This document shows, piece by piece, positions 10,501 to 20,958 of a DNA stretch of 64,000 nucleotides. The position numbers were made by a program, and so were the translations under genes. Source of the DNA: Turneriella sp. (GTDB lineage: Bacteria > Spirochaetota > Leptospiria > Turneriellales > Turneriellaceae); assembly GCA_965279515.1 (NCBI GenBank), contig CBDIID010000003.1:3744001-3808000 (forward strand), read 5' to 3'. Positions within the stretch are counted from its first letter, which is position 1, and each line of letters begins with the position of its first letter. The notes beneath the pieces are model-generated. The model was not told the origin of the DNA. It searched no databases and saw only the letters and a list, made by a program, of their open reading frames with translations.

Positions 10501-10761
10501 ATGGCCAAAGACGCAATTATAAATGCCCGGGTTGAAAGCCGACTTAAGACTAAAGTCGATCAGATTTTCAATGTTCTGGGATTGTCTCAAACCGAAGCCA
10601 TAACCCTTTTTTACAAACAAGTTGAGCTTAACCAAGGGTTACCCTTTGACGTCAAAGTACCCAATAAGCTCACTAGGAAAACTCTGAAGGATTCGAGAAT
10701 CGGGAAGAATATCAAGAAGTTTAAGTCAAAAGCCGACCTATACGCTGACCTGGGTATTTAA
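10501..10761 (+). CDS. dinJ: RelB/DinJ family antitoxin
   Basis: MAKDAIINARVE...LGLSQTEAITLFYKQV...GLPFDVKVPN. Confidence 0.9.
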   Translation: MAKDAIINARVESRLKTKVDQIFNVLGLSQTEAITLFYKQVELNQGLPFDVKVPNKLTRKTLKDSRIGKNIKKFKSKADLYADLGI

Positions 10762-11030
10762 TGCTCGATATCGAGCGTAGCAATCAATTCAAGAAAGATC
10801 TAAAGCGATCTCTCAAGAGAGGCAAGGATCCAGAAAAATTGAAGGTTCTTATTGAACTGTTAGTTCAACAGAAAGCTTTACCTGCTAAGAATAGAGATCA
10901 CAAACTGACGGGTGACTACATCGATTGCAGAGAATGCCATATCGAGCCAGATTGGCTGCTGATCTATACGGCAAATGAGACAGTGCTGCGCCTAGAGCGG
11001 ACAGGCTCACATGCAGATTTATTTGAATAG
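10761..11030 (+). CDS. yafQ: YafQ family mRNA interferase toxin
   Basis: FKKDLK...DHKLTG...RECHIEPDWLLIY...RTGSHADLF. Confidence 0.93.
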   Translation: MLDIERSNQFKKDLKRSLKRGKDPEKLKVLIELLVQQKALPAKNRDHKLTGDYIDCRECHIEPDWLLIYTANETVLRLERTGSHADLFE

Positions 11031-11089
11031 CGATTTATAGCGCTGACAGGATGTCAGCGAGGCTCAGGTGACTTGCAGATTTTTCGCAC

Positions 11090-11300
11090 AACGTGGAAAA
11101 TACCCGAAGTGCGCCCTCGCGGGTGTAAAGTGTAAATAATCACGGCTTTACCTGACTTCCGTGGGAGCGCATTTGCCCGTAGCGCCTCCCTGAGGAGCAC
11201 CAAACAAACGTCCTGTTTGTGCGACGAAGGGATCTTGGGCGCGTAGGGCCGAGCACGCCCGCTAACGAAGTGCGGGCGAGCGGAGCGGGTATTTTTTGTT
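11090..11300 (-). repeat. attC-like site 11
   Basis: Family consensus ends. Confidence 0.9.
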
Positions 11301-11431
11301 GTCGGCAGTGTTTAGCTTACGTTAGCCGCCGGCGACATGGAGGTCGCCAGCGGACGCTTTGTGGGTAAGTTTCTTTGTCTCTGATTTCAGTTTTTTGTGC
11401 GATTTAACTCATTGTATGTACATTGTACATA

Positions 11432-11722
11432 GTGAAACTAACCTTTGTCTGGGATGAGGTTAAGAATCTCGAAAATATTAAGAAACATGGGGTTTCTTTC
11501 ACTGAAGCCAGTACAATTTTCGGGCGAATACCGTATGAGATTTATAATGACCCGGATCACTCGGAAAAGGAACATCGATACTTGGCTATCGGTTTTAGTG
11601 ATAAGGCTCGTGCACTGTTAGTCAGCCACACTGAAAATGCAACCGGTACGGAGATTAGAATTATATCGGCTCGCAAAGCGACGAAGCAAGAGCGGGACGA
11701 TGCGTTCGGAGGAAACTTATGA
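11432..11722 (+). CDS. brnT: BrnT family toxin
   Basis: FVWDEVKNLENIKKHGVSF...IRIISARKAT; palindrome ATGTACA-T-TGTACAT just upstream. Confidence 0.92.
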   Translation: MKLTFVWDEVKNLENIKKHGVSFTEASTIFGRIPYEIYNDPDHSEKEHRYLAIGFSDKARALLVSHTENATGTEIRIISARKATKQERDDAFGGNL

Positions 11723-11949
11723 GGAAACAATACGATTTGAGTAAATTGACTAAAGCTACACCCAAATACTTGAAACACATTAAGGAACCGGTAACGATTC
11801 GGCTGGAACCACAAATAATTGCATATTTCAAAGGTTTATCTGAAAAAACCGGACTACCGTATCAGTCATTGCTGAATTTTGTCTTAAGAGATTACGCAAA
11901 CGAAAATCGGAAACCAAGTGCTAACTGGGGCAAAGTAGTCTCCAACTGA
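11719..11949 (+). CDS. brnA: BrnA family antitoxin
   Basis: MRKQYDLS...VTIRL...YFK...PYQSLLN. Confidence 0.88.
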   Translation: MRKQYDLSKLTKATPKYLKHIKEPVTIRLEPQIIAYFKGLSEKTGLPYQSLLNFVLRDYANENRKPSANWGKVVSN

Positions 11950-12001
11950 GGCGACCGGCAAGGATGCCGGGCGCTCTTCTCTCTTGCTAAACATTGCCGA
12001 C

Positions 12002-12209
12002 AACGTGGAAAATACCCGAATTGCGCCCTCGCGGCTGTAAAGTGTAAATAATCACGGCTTTATGCGACTTTCGCGGGAGCGCATTTGCCCGTAGCGCCTC
12101 GCGAGCCCGCCAATGCAGGCCCATGGCCTGCGGGCGTAGCGATCTTCGGCGCGTAGGGCCGAGCACGCGACCCAACGTAGTGGTCGCGGCGCAGCGGGTA
12201 TTTTTTGTT
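12002..12209 (-). repeat. attC-like site 12
   Basis: Family consensus ends. Confidence 0.9.
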
Positions 12210-12400
12210 AGCCGCCGTTACCGGATTCGCGCGGCTGGCGAACAACCCGAAGGTCAGCGATATGCTGTAGTTCGATCTTATTAGTCACCGAGGAGTTGTC
12301 GCCAGGATCAAAGGCGTAAGCAGCGAAATCTGGCTGTGCTCTCTGATAACAAATCCTCTTTTTCTCCCCTTCGGGCGCGAAGGAGGTAATGGTGGCTAAC
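12207..12400. repeat. ORF-less cassette copy 4
   Basis: Near-identical to 2366-2559. Confidence 0.85.
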
Positions 12401-12605
12401 GTGGAATTTACCTGACGATTGGTGACACTTGTGTCATTAACTCCATCAGGAAGGCCAAATTGTGTCACCAATTGTGCCCGGAGCGCCTCGCGGCAAAGCA
12501 CAAAACAAGCGTCCCGCTTGTGCTTTGTCCGCGATCTTCTGGCGCGCAGGGCCGAGCACCCGAGGAGCCACGGCACCGCAGGGAGCGCAGCAGGTAAATT
12601 TTGTT
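12398..12605 (-). repeat. attC-like site 13
   Basis: Family consensus ends. Confidence 0.9.
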
Positions 12606-12650
12606 GTCGGCAGTAGGCATTGGTTCGCCACGGACTTCAGGTCATTTCCT

Positions 12651-13052
12651 TCATTTATACCCATAGATGATGAAGCTCTGGTCAACTTCTTCGAATGAAA
12701 TATTTCCATCTGTTAAAATTCTCCGAAAATCTTCAGAAATATCTTCAATCTCTGGATCAATTAGGTTGCCTTTATGATGAGCAAGGCGAGGCGCAACTTT
12801 GAGCCATTCAATAAATTTGTATTCTGGCAACTCTCGCCAATTGCATAAGTACGAAGGATTCTTATCGAATTCTTGCGGATAGGCATCTTTTTCCAGTACC
12901 AGTTTCTCTTGGAATGCCGGACTAAAGGGTAAATCGGCTTCAATCTTCTCAATCAGATATTTCCATTTGGTATTATTTAACAGAGAGACAAGACCTCTTT
13001 GTTCAATGGCTTTTAGAAGCGCCAATTCGGTCTTGGTTCTTGCGGAGATCAT
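12651..13052 (-). CDS. Conserved hypothetical protein (DUF6678-like)
   Basis: SLLNNTKW...YKFIEWL...IYGYK. Confidence 0.65.
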   Translation of the reverse strand: MISARTKTELALLKAIEQRGLVSLLNNTKWKYLIEKIEADLPFSPAFQEKLVLEKDAYPQEFDKNPSYLCNWRELPEYKFIEWLKVAPRLAHHKGNLIDPEIEDISEDFRRILTDGNISFEEVDQSFIIYGYK

Positions 13053-13075
13053 AGTCTATTGGATAGAAGCTCCGA

Positions 13076-13417
13076 TTACCTATACTCTTCTAAGATTTCA
13101 ATAAGTCCAACTATATTATCATTAAGATCTTCCAAATCTTCAGCTGGAATCCACCATTCGGTATGTAGAGCACCACCCACCTTTTCTACCTTGTATTTAT
13201 CCATGAAGTCCTTTTTGACCGCAAATCTCGTGACGCAACCAAAACCACTGTCTTTAATGTTCCATTTAATTGCAATTTCCCGGGCGTATTCTATGTTCGT
13301 TACGGGGTAAAATATAGGTTGGCCAAGTAGCCGAGGTGGCCAGCGTTTATAGCCACTTTCCTTGACCAATGCCAATTCTTCCGGCCCGGTGGGCCGGTAC
13401 AATGTTACTGTTTCCAT
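13076..13417 (-). CDS. Conserved protein resembling the domain associated with ADP-ribosylglycohydrolase/crystallin J1 proteins
   Basis: LYRPTGPEEL...WPPRL.GQPIFYPV...EWWIPAEDL. Confidence 0.7.
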   Translation of the reverse strand: METVTLYRPTGPEELALVKESGYKRWPPRLLGQPIFYPVTNIEYAREIAIKWNIKDSGFGCVTRFAVKKDFMDKYKVEKVGGALHTEWWIPAEDLEDLNDNIVGLIEILEEYR

Positions 13418-13466
13418 AAAAAAGTTCTTTCAGTACAAAAAATATTTCCAGATGCCTATTGCCGAC

Positions 13467-13681
13467 AACGTGGAATTTACCCGAAGTCGATAGTGCGTCG
13501 CACAATAAATGTGGTCTTCATTCGAAAGCCGCGGCTTGATGCACTATCGATTTGCCGAAGGTCGCCTCGTTGCGCCCGACCAAACAAACGTCCCGTTTGT
13601 CGGGCGTCAACGACTCCTGGCGACCGAGGCCGAGCACGCTCGCCAACGAAGTGCGAGCGCGCGCAGCGGGTAAATTTTGTT
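13467..13681 (-). repeat. attC-like site 14
   Basis: Family consensus ends. Confidence 0.9.
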
Positions 13682-13702
13682 GTCTGAAGTCGCGCTTCGG
13701 CT

Positions 13703-14266
13703 TCAAAATTCAGTACCGTCACCTTTGAATCTGTACTTACGACCGTCCCAAGATTCCGCAAATATAACGCCATTCTCAATTTTAAGATTTTCACCGCCAT
13801 TGGGCAGAACAAAAATATCTGAGCCGCTTCTTTGCCAAACGATCTCTCCAGTTTTTCTGATTCGCGTAATTGTGAGCTCACCGTGGATTAAGAAATCGTT
13901 CTCAAAAGGAAAAATGCGGAAACATGTCACATCATCGCACTTTTTCTGCCAGTTAAGCGAAAGTTCTGGAAGTGATAGCGAAACAACGGAGTCACAAATG
14001 CATAATATCAAGCTGCTGTCCATAAGGAGCACTGTGTCCTTATGTATACTTGTGGCACCGCCATAGCCGAAAATTATTGCACTTTTTATGAGTGTATCAC
14101 CAATATAGGAAAAGATACCATATTTGACTGTACTTCGGTATTCCTTGTCCTCGCAAAACACAAGGTCATACCCGTGTATATTATCTGTGGAATTAGTAGA
14201 ATAAGTTGGATCTTCGAAGCAATGAATTGTATTGTCTTCAAATTTCAGTTCGAGTTTTTTGGTCAT
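13703..14266 (-). CDS. Hypothetical beta-rich protein
   Basis: ORF fills cassette; start MTKKLEL. Confidence 0.7.
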   Translation of the reverse strand: MTKKLELKFEDNTIHCFEDPTYSTNSTDNIHGYDLVFCEDKEYRSTVKYGIFSYIGDTLIKSAIIFGYGGATSIHKDTVLLMDSSLILCICDSVVSLSLPELSLNWQKKCDDVTCFRIFPFENDFLIHGELTITRIRKTGEIVWQRSGSDIFVLPNGGENLKIENGVIFAESWDGRKYRFKGDGTEF

Positions 14267-14288
14267 AAGTCTTCGCGCGATTTCAGAC

Positions 14289-14503
14289 AACGCGGAATTT
14301 ACACGAGGTCGATGGTGCGCCGCGCAATAACGACAGACTTATTTAGAAAGCCACGTATCAAGCACCATCGATCTGCCGTAGACCGCTCGTTGCGCCTGAC
14401 CAAACAAACGTCCCGTTTGTCAGGCGTCAACGATCTTTGCGGTCGGAGGCCGAGCACGCGAGGAGCCACGGCACCGCAGCGAGCGCAGCGTGTAAATTTT
14501 GTT
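14289..14503 (-). repeat. attC-like site 15
   Basis: aatttacac...gtgtaaattt variant. Confidence 0.9.
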
Positions 14504-14713
14504 GTCTGAAGTAATTGCGCCTGTGAGCCCTGGCAAGGAGGCCAGGGCGACTAGGATTAAGGTCTCATAATCAGAAAAAATACCGTTTTTCGAGTCAAAA
14601 CTTCGCGTGATGTATCTTTTTGTCATCTAAAAACCCGCTTTACACCTTAGAGATTTGGGATTCTGTAGGTCTTAGTGGGCGAGTGTGCCTGCACATTACT
14701 AAATGTATTAAAA

Positions 14714-15061
14714 ATGATGAACTCTAAAGTTTGGTTTTCAAGTATTATTGAAATAATCGCAGATCTTTCTGATCCGGCATTCCAAAAAAGAGTTTGGGTA
14801 GAAGGTGCGGGGCCAGAGGTGTCATCATGGTCAGAAACATACTGCACACTTTTTGATGATTTTGTTCTTGATAAATTCTTAGACGAGTATTGGCCTCAGC
14901 ATGGGCTTTCTGAAGAATCTCGGAACAACCTGGAAACCATGCGCCAAATGCTTAATGATTATGTGGAAAAGGCAACCGACAAAGAAATTATTTCAGATCC
15001 AGCTTGGCACAAAATCCAGAAGTATTGTGCGTCTATTCTACCCAATTTAAGATGGATTTAG
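14714..15061 (+). CDS. Hypothetical small acidic protein (immunity-protein-like)
   Basis: LSDPAFQKRVW...IISDPAW; sits in a shell cassette. Confidence 0.6.
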   Translation: MMNSKVWFSSIIEIIADLSDPAFQKRVWVEGAGPEVSSWSETYCTLFDDFVLDKFLDEYWPQHGLSEESRNNLETMRQMLNDYVEKATDKEIISDPAWHKIQKYCASILPNLRWI

Positions 15062-15186
15062 CAAATGCGGCAACCCAAGAACATGGAGCGCCTGATGCGT
15101 AAATTGAATTAGGAAGGCAAGATGCCCACCAATTGTGCCGCGTCGCCACGAGGGCGACGAAGTACAAAGGCGCAATTATTTCAGAC

Positions 15187-15401
15187 AACGTTGGATTTAC
15201 GAGAAGTTGATGACGCGCCGCACAATGAATACAGGCTTATTAGGAAAGCCGCATACCAAGCGTCATCAATTTGCCGAGCCCACAGCGTTGCGCCGCACCA
15301 AATGCACATCCCGTGCGTGCGGCGTCAACGCTTCTTTGTGGGCGAGGCCGAGCACCCGAGGAGCCACGGCACCGCAGGGAGCGCAGCTCGTAAATCTTGT
15401 T
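15187..15401 (-). repeat. attC-like site 16
   Basis: gatttacgag...ctcgtaaatc variant. Confidence 0.88.
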
Positions 15402-15592
15402 CTCTGCCGTTGTCGCTGGGATCGCCGAGCCATGGAGGGCGAGGCAGGTACTCCGTCCAAAATCTCTTAAACTTACCAAATTTAGAGAGGGAGACTCAGT
15501 TTGAGCTTAGCTAATTGTATGCTTTGAGGCTTTGCCAAGTAAATAGCTCTTTACCGGGCACAAATGTGGCAAACGTATGCCTTGGGGAATAA

Positions 15593-15883
15593 GTGTCAAA
15601 GACTAAGAACCGCTTACTTTGTGTTCTCGGAGGGGCGGCTCCCTTTGCAATAATGTCGACTTATTTGTATTTTACAAGGACCAAAGCCGGCTCATTTTCT
15701 ACGAGGTCTGACTATGTGGCTTTTGCAATTTCTCTAATTGTTGGGCTTTTGTTAATTGGCCTCACAAAATTTCAAGCTCGCTGGAAGTTCGTAATTTGTA
15801 TCGTATTTGCTGGATTAATGCCACCGGCCCTCTTCGGTTACACTTTCGCTTTTCTCTGTGCTGCATTCCAAGATTGCCTATAA
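15593..15883 (+). CDS. Small membrane protein
   Basis: 96 aa, three hydrophobic segments. Confidence 0.6.
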   Translation: MSKTKNRLLCVLGGAAPFAIMSTYLYFTRTKAGSFSTRSDYVAFAISLIVGLLLIGLTKFQARWKFVICIVFAGLMPPALFGYTFAFLCAAFQDCL

Positions 15884-15995
15884 CTCATCTATCTCAGAGT
15901 GAGAAATTAGTCGGTTATTCTGATGTGAATACCCTGCGGGTAGGCACCGGCACGGAGGCCGGTGAGGTAAAAGCCATCATACGACAATGGCAGAG

Positions 15996-16204
15996 AACGT
16001 GGAAAATACCCGAATTGCGCCCCCGCGGCTGTAAAGTGTAAATAATCGCGGCTTTATGCGACTTTCGCGGGAGCGCATTTGCCCGTAGCGCCTCGCGAGC
16101 CCGCCAATGCAGGCCCACTGGCCTGCGGGCGCAGCGATCTTCGGCGCGTAGGGCCGAGCACGCGACCCAGCGTAGCGGTCGCGGCGCAGCGGGTATTTTT
16201 TGTT
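15996..16204 (-). repeat. attC-like site 17
   Basis: Family consensus ends. Confidence 0.9.
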
Positions 16205-16312
16205 GTCGGCAGTTGTTGGTTGATCGCTTGGGCACGGATGCCCAAGCAGATGCTGGCTTCTCTAAGTCTTTCTTATGGATTTACCTGTCGTTCTGAGAAT
16301 TCAGAATAATCA

Positions 16313-16738
16313 ATGATCGGTAGTTGCCTATGCGGCGAAATTGAGTTCAAATTAGAGAATAAGCAGTATAAGCTATACCAGTGCCATTGCTCACTATGCA
16401 GAAAGCAAAGTGGCGGCCCAGCCAATGCAGCAACTTTGGTGCTTGAGAATAAGTTCTCCTGGCAAAAAGGGAAAGAACACATTCGGTCTTATGTCAAAGC
16501 AACAGGCTTTAGATCTGATTTCTGTTCTAAGTGCGGCTCACCAGTTCCAAATAGGATCGGAAATACCGACTATATGTGGATACCTGCTGGGCTGCTGAAA
16601 ACCTCTGATAAATTTGAAATTGTTGCCCATTTATTTATCGGGTCAAAGGCGGCATGGGACTCGGCGCCCACTCATGGAGAAATCTTTGAGACTGGTCCAG
16701 GAGTTGAAGGTCTATTCAGGTTACTCGAAGGAGTGTAA
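16313..16738 (+). CDS. GFA (CENP-V) family protein
   Basis: GSCLCG...CHCSLCRK...FCSKCGS. Confidence 0.92.
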   Translation: MIGSCLCGEIEFKLENKQYKLYQCHCSLCRKQSGGPANAATLVLENKFSWQKGKEHIRSYVKATGFRSDFCSKCGSPVPNRIGNTDYMWIPAGLLKTSDKFEIVAHLFIGSKAAWDSAPTHGEIFETGPGVEGLFRLLEGV

Positions 16739-16802
16739 TCTGCGATGTATGCACCGCCATGGATGGCGGTGGAGGAACACCTGCTTTCCAACAATTGCCG
16801 AC

Positions 16803-17009
16803 AACGTGGATTTTACGCTGACGTTTTTTGACGCTTGTGTCATTTAATCAATTTGTAAAGCCGATTTGCGTCAAAAAATGTGGTCGTAGCGGCTCGCGGC
16901 GACGCGCGAAAACACACCTCCCGGTGTGCGCGTCGTCCGCGATCTTTGCCGCGGAGACCCGAGCACGCGACCCAACGAAGTGGTCGCGGCGCAGCGCGTA
17001 AAATTTGTT
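16803..17009 (-). repeat. attC-like site 18
   Basis: Family consensus ends. Confidence 0.9.
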
Positions 17010-17119
17010 CTCTGACGTAGTTGTGCCTGTGAGCCCGGGCATGGATGGCCGGGCGAATATGTATCAGACTCCTATAAATTCTTGACAGGCTCAAACAATT
17101 CATCAGTCTCTTGTCCGAT

Positions 17120-17380
17120 ATGAATGCAGAAACGATTCCGGCACATGCATATATTTCAAGTTCCCCAGAGATTTGTGGGGGAGAGCCAGTAATTTCTGGG
17201 ACACGAATGACAGTAAGAGCAGTGGTTCAGTATGTTTTGATTCAAGGTCTTACCCCCGAGGAGCTAGAACGGGAGTTTAAACAACTAAGTCTTTCACAAA
17301 TTTATGATGCTCTGTCTTATTACTATGACCACAAAAGCATAATCGACAAGTTTATAGCCGAGAACTCGGCCAAGAATTGA
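17120..17380 (+). CDS. DUF433 family antitoxin
   Basis: PEICGGEPVISGTRMTV...QIYDALSYYYDH. Confidence 0.9.
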   Translation: MNAETIPAHAYISSSPEICGGEPVISGTRMTVRAVVQYVLIQGLTPEELEREFKQLSLSQIYDALSYYYDHKSIIDKFIAENSAKN

Positions 17381-17718
17381 CCCCAATTAAGCTATATCTA
17401 GATGAAGACGTAAGACCTCTTCTGGCAGAAATTCTTACTGAGCGCGGTTTTGAAGCCACCCACACGCTGTTTCATGGGAATTCTGGGAAAACGGATTTGC
17501 AACAGCTGGAATTCGCTGCTCAAAATCAGCTTACTCTACTTACGCACAATATTCGCGACTTTGCCAATCTACATACTGTCTTTCTTAACGGAGACAAAAA
17601 ACACTTCGGAATTATTTGCGCACCGCAATTGAAATTGCCATTACTAGTCTCGCGCACGTTAGTCTTGCTTTCATCAGTCAATAAAGATTCTGCACGTAAT
17701 AATCTCCTCTGGATTTAG
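17377..17718 (+). CDS. DUF5615 PIN-like toxin
   Basis: LYLDEDV...D..QLEFA...LLTHNIRDF...HFGII. Confidence 0.88.
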   Translation: MTPIKLYLDEDVRPLLAEILTERGFEATHTLFHGNSGKTDLQQLEFAAQNQLTLLTHNIRDFANLHTVFLNGDKKHFGIICAPQLKLPLLVSRTLVLLSSVNKDSARNNLLWI

Positions 17719-17782
17719 GGAGCATCCTGCGAGTTGCGCCGCCATGGAGGGCGGCGGAGTAAAGGGCACAACTATGTCAGAG

Positions 17783-17992
17783 AACGTTGGATTTTACGCT
17801 GACGTTTTTTGACGCCTGTGTCATTTATTCAATTTGTAAAGCCGATTTGCGTCAAAAAATGTGGTCGTAGCGGCTCGCGGCGACGCGCGAAAACACACCT
17901 CCCGGTGTGCGCGTCGTCCGCGATCTTTGCCGCGAAGACCCGAGCACGCGAGGAGCTACGGCACCGCAGCGGCGCAGCGCGTAAAATTTGTT
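17783..17992 (-). repeat. attC-like site 19
   Basis: Family consensus ends. Confidence 0.9.
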
Positions 17993-18057
17993 GTCGGCAG
18001 TAAATCGCTGGATACAATTCTGCTTGACGCTGTACTATTATTTTAGTACGGTCAGCC

Positions 18058-18453
18058 GTGGAGTATATTGCCTATAAAGGCACTGCATTTACGATAGAAT
18101 GGTACTTTGATGAAGGATTGGAAAGCCAAGCCCTGACATATTTTGAGAATTTATCTCCCCAGCAGCAAGATAAATTGCTGTATTTATTCAAGAGAATGGG
18201 AGATTTTGGAAAAATCTCGGACATCACCAAGTTTAGATTTGAGGAAGATAAAATCTATGCTTTTAAACCTCAACCAGATCGATTTCTTTGCTTTTTCTAT
18301 GCTGGTAAGAAGATTATTGTTACAAATGCCTTTTATAAGAAAACTGATAAACTACCGAAGAGCGAGAAATTGGCTGCTCTAAAGCATAAAGATGATTATG
18401 AGTTACGGGTAAAAAAGGGAGAATACTATGAAGAATACTATGAAGAAGACTAG
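18058..18453 (+). CDS. RelE/ParE (HigB/Gp49-like) toxin
   Basis: IYAFKPQPDRFLCFF...IIVTNAFYKKTDKLP; TTGACG at 18024 and operator-like GTACTA-N6-TAGTAC upstream. Confidence 0.85.
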   Translation: MEYIAYKGTAFTIEWYFDEGLESQALTYFENLSPQQQDKLLYLFKRMGDFGKISDITKFRFEEDKIYAFKPQPDRFLCFFYAGKKIIVTNAFYKKTDKLPKSEKLAALKHKDDYELRVKKGEYYEEYYEED

Positions 18454-18724
18454 TACTTTTGATCGAATTATGTCGAATAAAGATCGGAAAAAGCAATTTG
18501 ACAGTGGCTATACTGACTTTTTGCTTTCTGAATTTCTGCATGAGGCTATGGCCGAAAGACATCTGTCAGTGAGGAAGCTTTCGGAAAAAGCTCATGTGTC
18601 ACCAGCCATGATTCAGAATCTGAGATCTGGTAAAACGCAGAATATTAGCCTTAAGAAATTGAGTGCTATTTCCAATGTCTTAGGTTATGAAATAAGGCTT
18701 CAGAAGCTCGCAACGCGAGCATAA
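18428..18724 (+). CDS. XRE-family HTH antitoxin (HigA-like)
   Basis: LSVRKLSEKAHVSPAMIQNLRSG HTH, downstream of toxin. Confidence 0.85.
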   Translation: MKNTMKKTSTFDRIMSNKDRKKQFDSGYTDFLLSEFLHEAMAERHLSVRKLSEKAHVSPAMIQNLRSGKTQNISLKKLSAISNVLGYEIRLQKLATRA

Positions 18725-18745
18725 TCATATCGATTTATTGCCGAC

Positions 18746-18931
18746 AACGCGGGTTTTACCTTGACGTTTTTGCTTGTGGCGTCTTCGTCACAAGCAAAAA
18801 TGTGCCCGGAGCGCCTGCCCGAGCCCGCCAATGCAGGCCCACTGGCCGGCGGGCGCAGGGCATCTTTGGCGCGGAGTGGCCGAGCACGCGACCCAACGGA
18901 GTGGTCGCGCGCGCAGCAGGTAAAACTTGTT
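18746..18931 (-). repeat. attC-like site 20 (short first hairpin)
   Basis: 186 bp variant. Confidence 0.85.
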
Positions 18932-18995
18932 GTCTGAAGTAATTGCGCCTGTGAGCGCGGCCAGGAGGGCCGCGCGAAATCCAATCTCAGCTACC

Positions 18996-19089
18996 CATAA
19001 TTTGTCATTTTGTTGCCTCAAGAACAGGCTTTACGCCTGAGAAATCCGGGGCTCCGGAGGTCTTTGTCGGGAATAGATTCTTATGTAGT
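18996..19089 (+). repeat. Inner capture repeat, B part
   Basis: cataatttgtcattttgtt...caggctttacgcctgagaa...ttcttat. Confidence 0.78.
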
Positions 19090-19174
19090 AAAGGACGCGG
19101 CAGCAGCACAGTTAAGATCGACGAACCTGCCACAATTATGAAAGTATCCACAGATTTCTCACTGGAGGCAATTA

Positions 19175-19597
19175 ATGCAAAAAATATTTCTGATAGGTTT
19201 ATTACAATTGAGCTTTGGAGCCGGATGCGTTCTATTTGCCGTTGAGAAAAAAATAAAAGTGCAGAACGGGGAAATCGAAATTCTTGGAGAAAAAATTCCG
19301 GTATATGGCAAGGCCGAAGAAGTTACAGTGACCTATAACGACGGTGACGGGGCCCGATCTCTACAAGTTGAGTATTACTTTCCAGGAAAGTCGACAGAAA
19401 AGGTTCTCAAGGACGTGGCTGCCTTCTACACCGGCAAAAGTATTTTTGGCACGAAAGTTGGAAAATTCAAGAAGAACAAATCGAACGGCGGGGCATATAA
19501 TTTTGAAAATTGCTCAAATAAGCCTGAGCTGTTGATCGTGATCTACGCCAATGAAACCCCTGGCCATGTGTACATTGGCGACATGTGTTTGCCTTGA
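19175..19597 (+). CDS. Putative lipoprotein / exported protein
   Basis: GGAGG RBS; MQKIFLIGLLQLSFGAGC. Confidence 0.7.
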   Translation: MQKIFLIGLLQLSFGAGCVLFAVEKKIKVQNGEIEILGEKIPVYGKAEEVTVTYNDGDGARSLQVEYYFPGKSTEKVLKDVAAFYTGKSIFGTKVGKFKKNKSNGGAYNFENCSNKPELLIVIYANETPGHVYIGDMCLP

Positions 19598-19599
19598 GG

Positions 19600-19833
19600 T
19601 CAACATAGGTCTGGCACAGCTGATTGTTGCCGGGCGCGGGGGACTATTCTGCGCATCCGTAAGCACCATTCGTACATTCTGGCTTCGCCAGCGCCCTCAG
19701 GTATGATATTGCAAATTCTCAATCCGTTTGAGAGTTGAAATCGTAGCCCTGCGATCTTGCCCCCCGGACCAAATGATACAAAGATACTTTGCACGTTCGA
19801 TGCACCTGTCATTTCGCAGGCCTTTCCCAAGAC
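19600..19833 (-). pseudogene. Possible 5'-truncated gene fragment at cargo edge
   Basis: Open frame runs up into the repeat end at 19834. Confidence 0.35.
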
Positions 19834-19953
19834 AATATAGCCCTTTAATGGGTTAACTGCCCATAAGGCGTCATTGTGTCTCCTGATAACAGGCTCTACA
19901 CCTGAGAGATTATGGGGCCTGTAGGTCCCAGGATAAGTAATTTCTTATTCACT
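19834..19953 (+). repeat. Inner capture repeat, complete A+B
   Basis: aatatagccctttaat...cataa...caggctctacacctgagag...aatttcttat. Confidence 0.8.
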
Positions 19954-20019
19954 TAACTTCAAGCTCGTTGCCGCGCCGACACGAAGTCGGCGCGTAACAA
20001 AGGCGCAATTATTTCAGAC

Positions 20020-20228
20020 AACGTGGATTTTACGCTGACGTTTTTTGACGCTTGTGTCATTTATTCAATCTGTAAAGCCGAATTGCGTCAAAAAATGTGG
20101 TCGTAGCGGCTCGCGGCGACGCGCGAAAACACACCTCCCGGTGTGCGCGTCGTCCGCGATCTTTGCCGCGAAGACCCGAGCACGCGAGGAGCTACGGCAC
20201 CGCAGCGGCGCAGCGCGTAAAATTTGTT
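20020..20228 (-). repeat. attC-like site 21
   Basis: Family consensus ends. Confidence 0.9.
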
Positions 20229-20398
20229 GTCTGAGGTAATTGCGCCTGCGAGCACGGGCAAGGAGGCCCGTGCGACAAGAATCAGATGCTCATAAGTGTA
20301 TTGCCTGCTGGCGAATAAGATTCGCCAAAAAAAATGAAGAAAGTTATTACTCTGGACAGCCTCTCGCCAGAATAAAACTTTAAGGTCGCCAATTTCAG

Positions 20399-20833
20399 AT
20401 GCGCATCGCTTTAAATTTACAGTTAAATAAATATGCTCAAGGGCTTATTGATATATCTGCATTTCTATCAAAGATTAGCGGCTATGGTCCCGCTGAAAAG
20501 AGGGCTTTTATTAACGACTTAGTTGATTTAATAATTCAATCGAAACCCGAAGGTACTAACTTGCGAGAAATTCAAGAGATATTAGCTTTGAAAAAAACTC
20601 CAGCCATGGTCATTCTGCTTCAGGGTATTACGAAAGCAAATCTACAGAAGATTCTTGAATTTAATGATCAGGAGATGCAGGCTTCAATCAATACCTTGTT
20701 GGTTGTTTATAAAGATAGCTATATGCGCCGCTATTTAGCAGAGAAAAATTCCCCCGATAAGTGGTGGTATTGGGATTTAAGGGATGAGAAAAGGGAGGCT
20801 AGTATAAAGCGTCAGTTTTCTGATTATTTATGA
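20399..20833 (+). CDS. Conserved hypothetical protein (DUF5958-like)
   Basis: LNKYAQG...WWYWDL. Confidence 0.65.
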   Translation: MRIALNLQLNKYAQGLIDISAFLSKISGYGPAEKRAFINDLVDLIIQSKPEGTNLREIQEILALKKTPAMVILLQGITKANLQKILEFNDQEMQASINTLLVVYKDSYMRRYLAEKNSPDKWWYWDLRDEKREASIKRQFSDYL

Positions 20834-20958
20834 TGAAGACTTGTATTTAAGGAATCAAATTTTGATTTCAGCCAGCCACAGGCGAGACAGAGATGACGGT
20901 TTGTCTTAAATCTTTATGCAATGCGTCGGCATGGATGCCGACGAAGCACAAAGGCGCA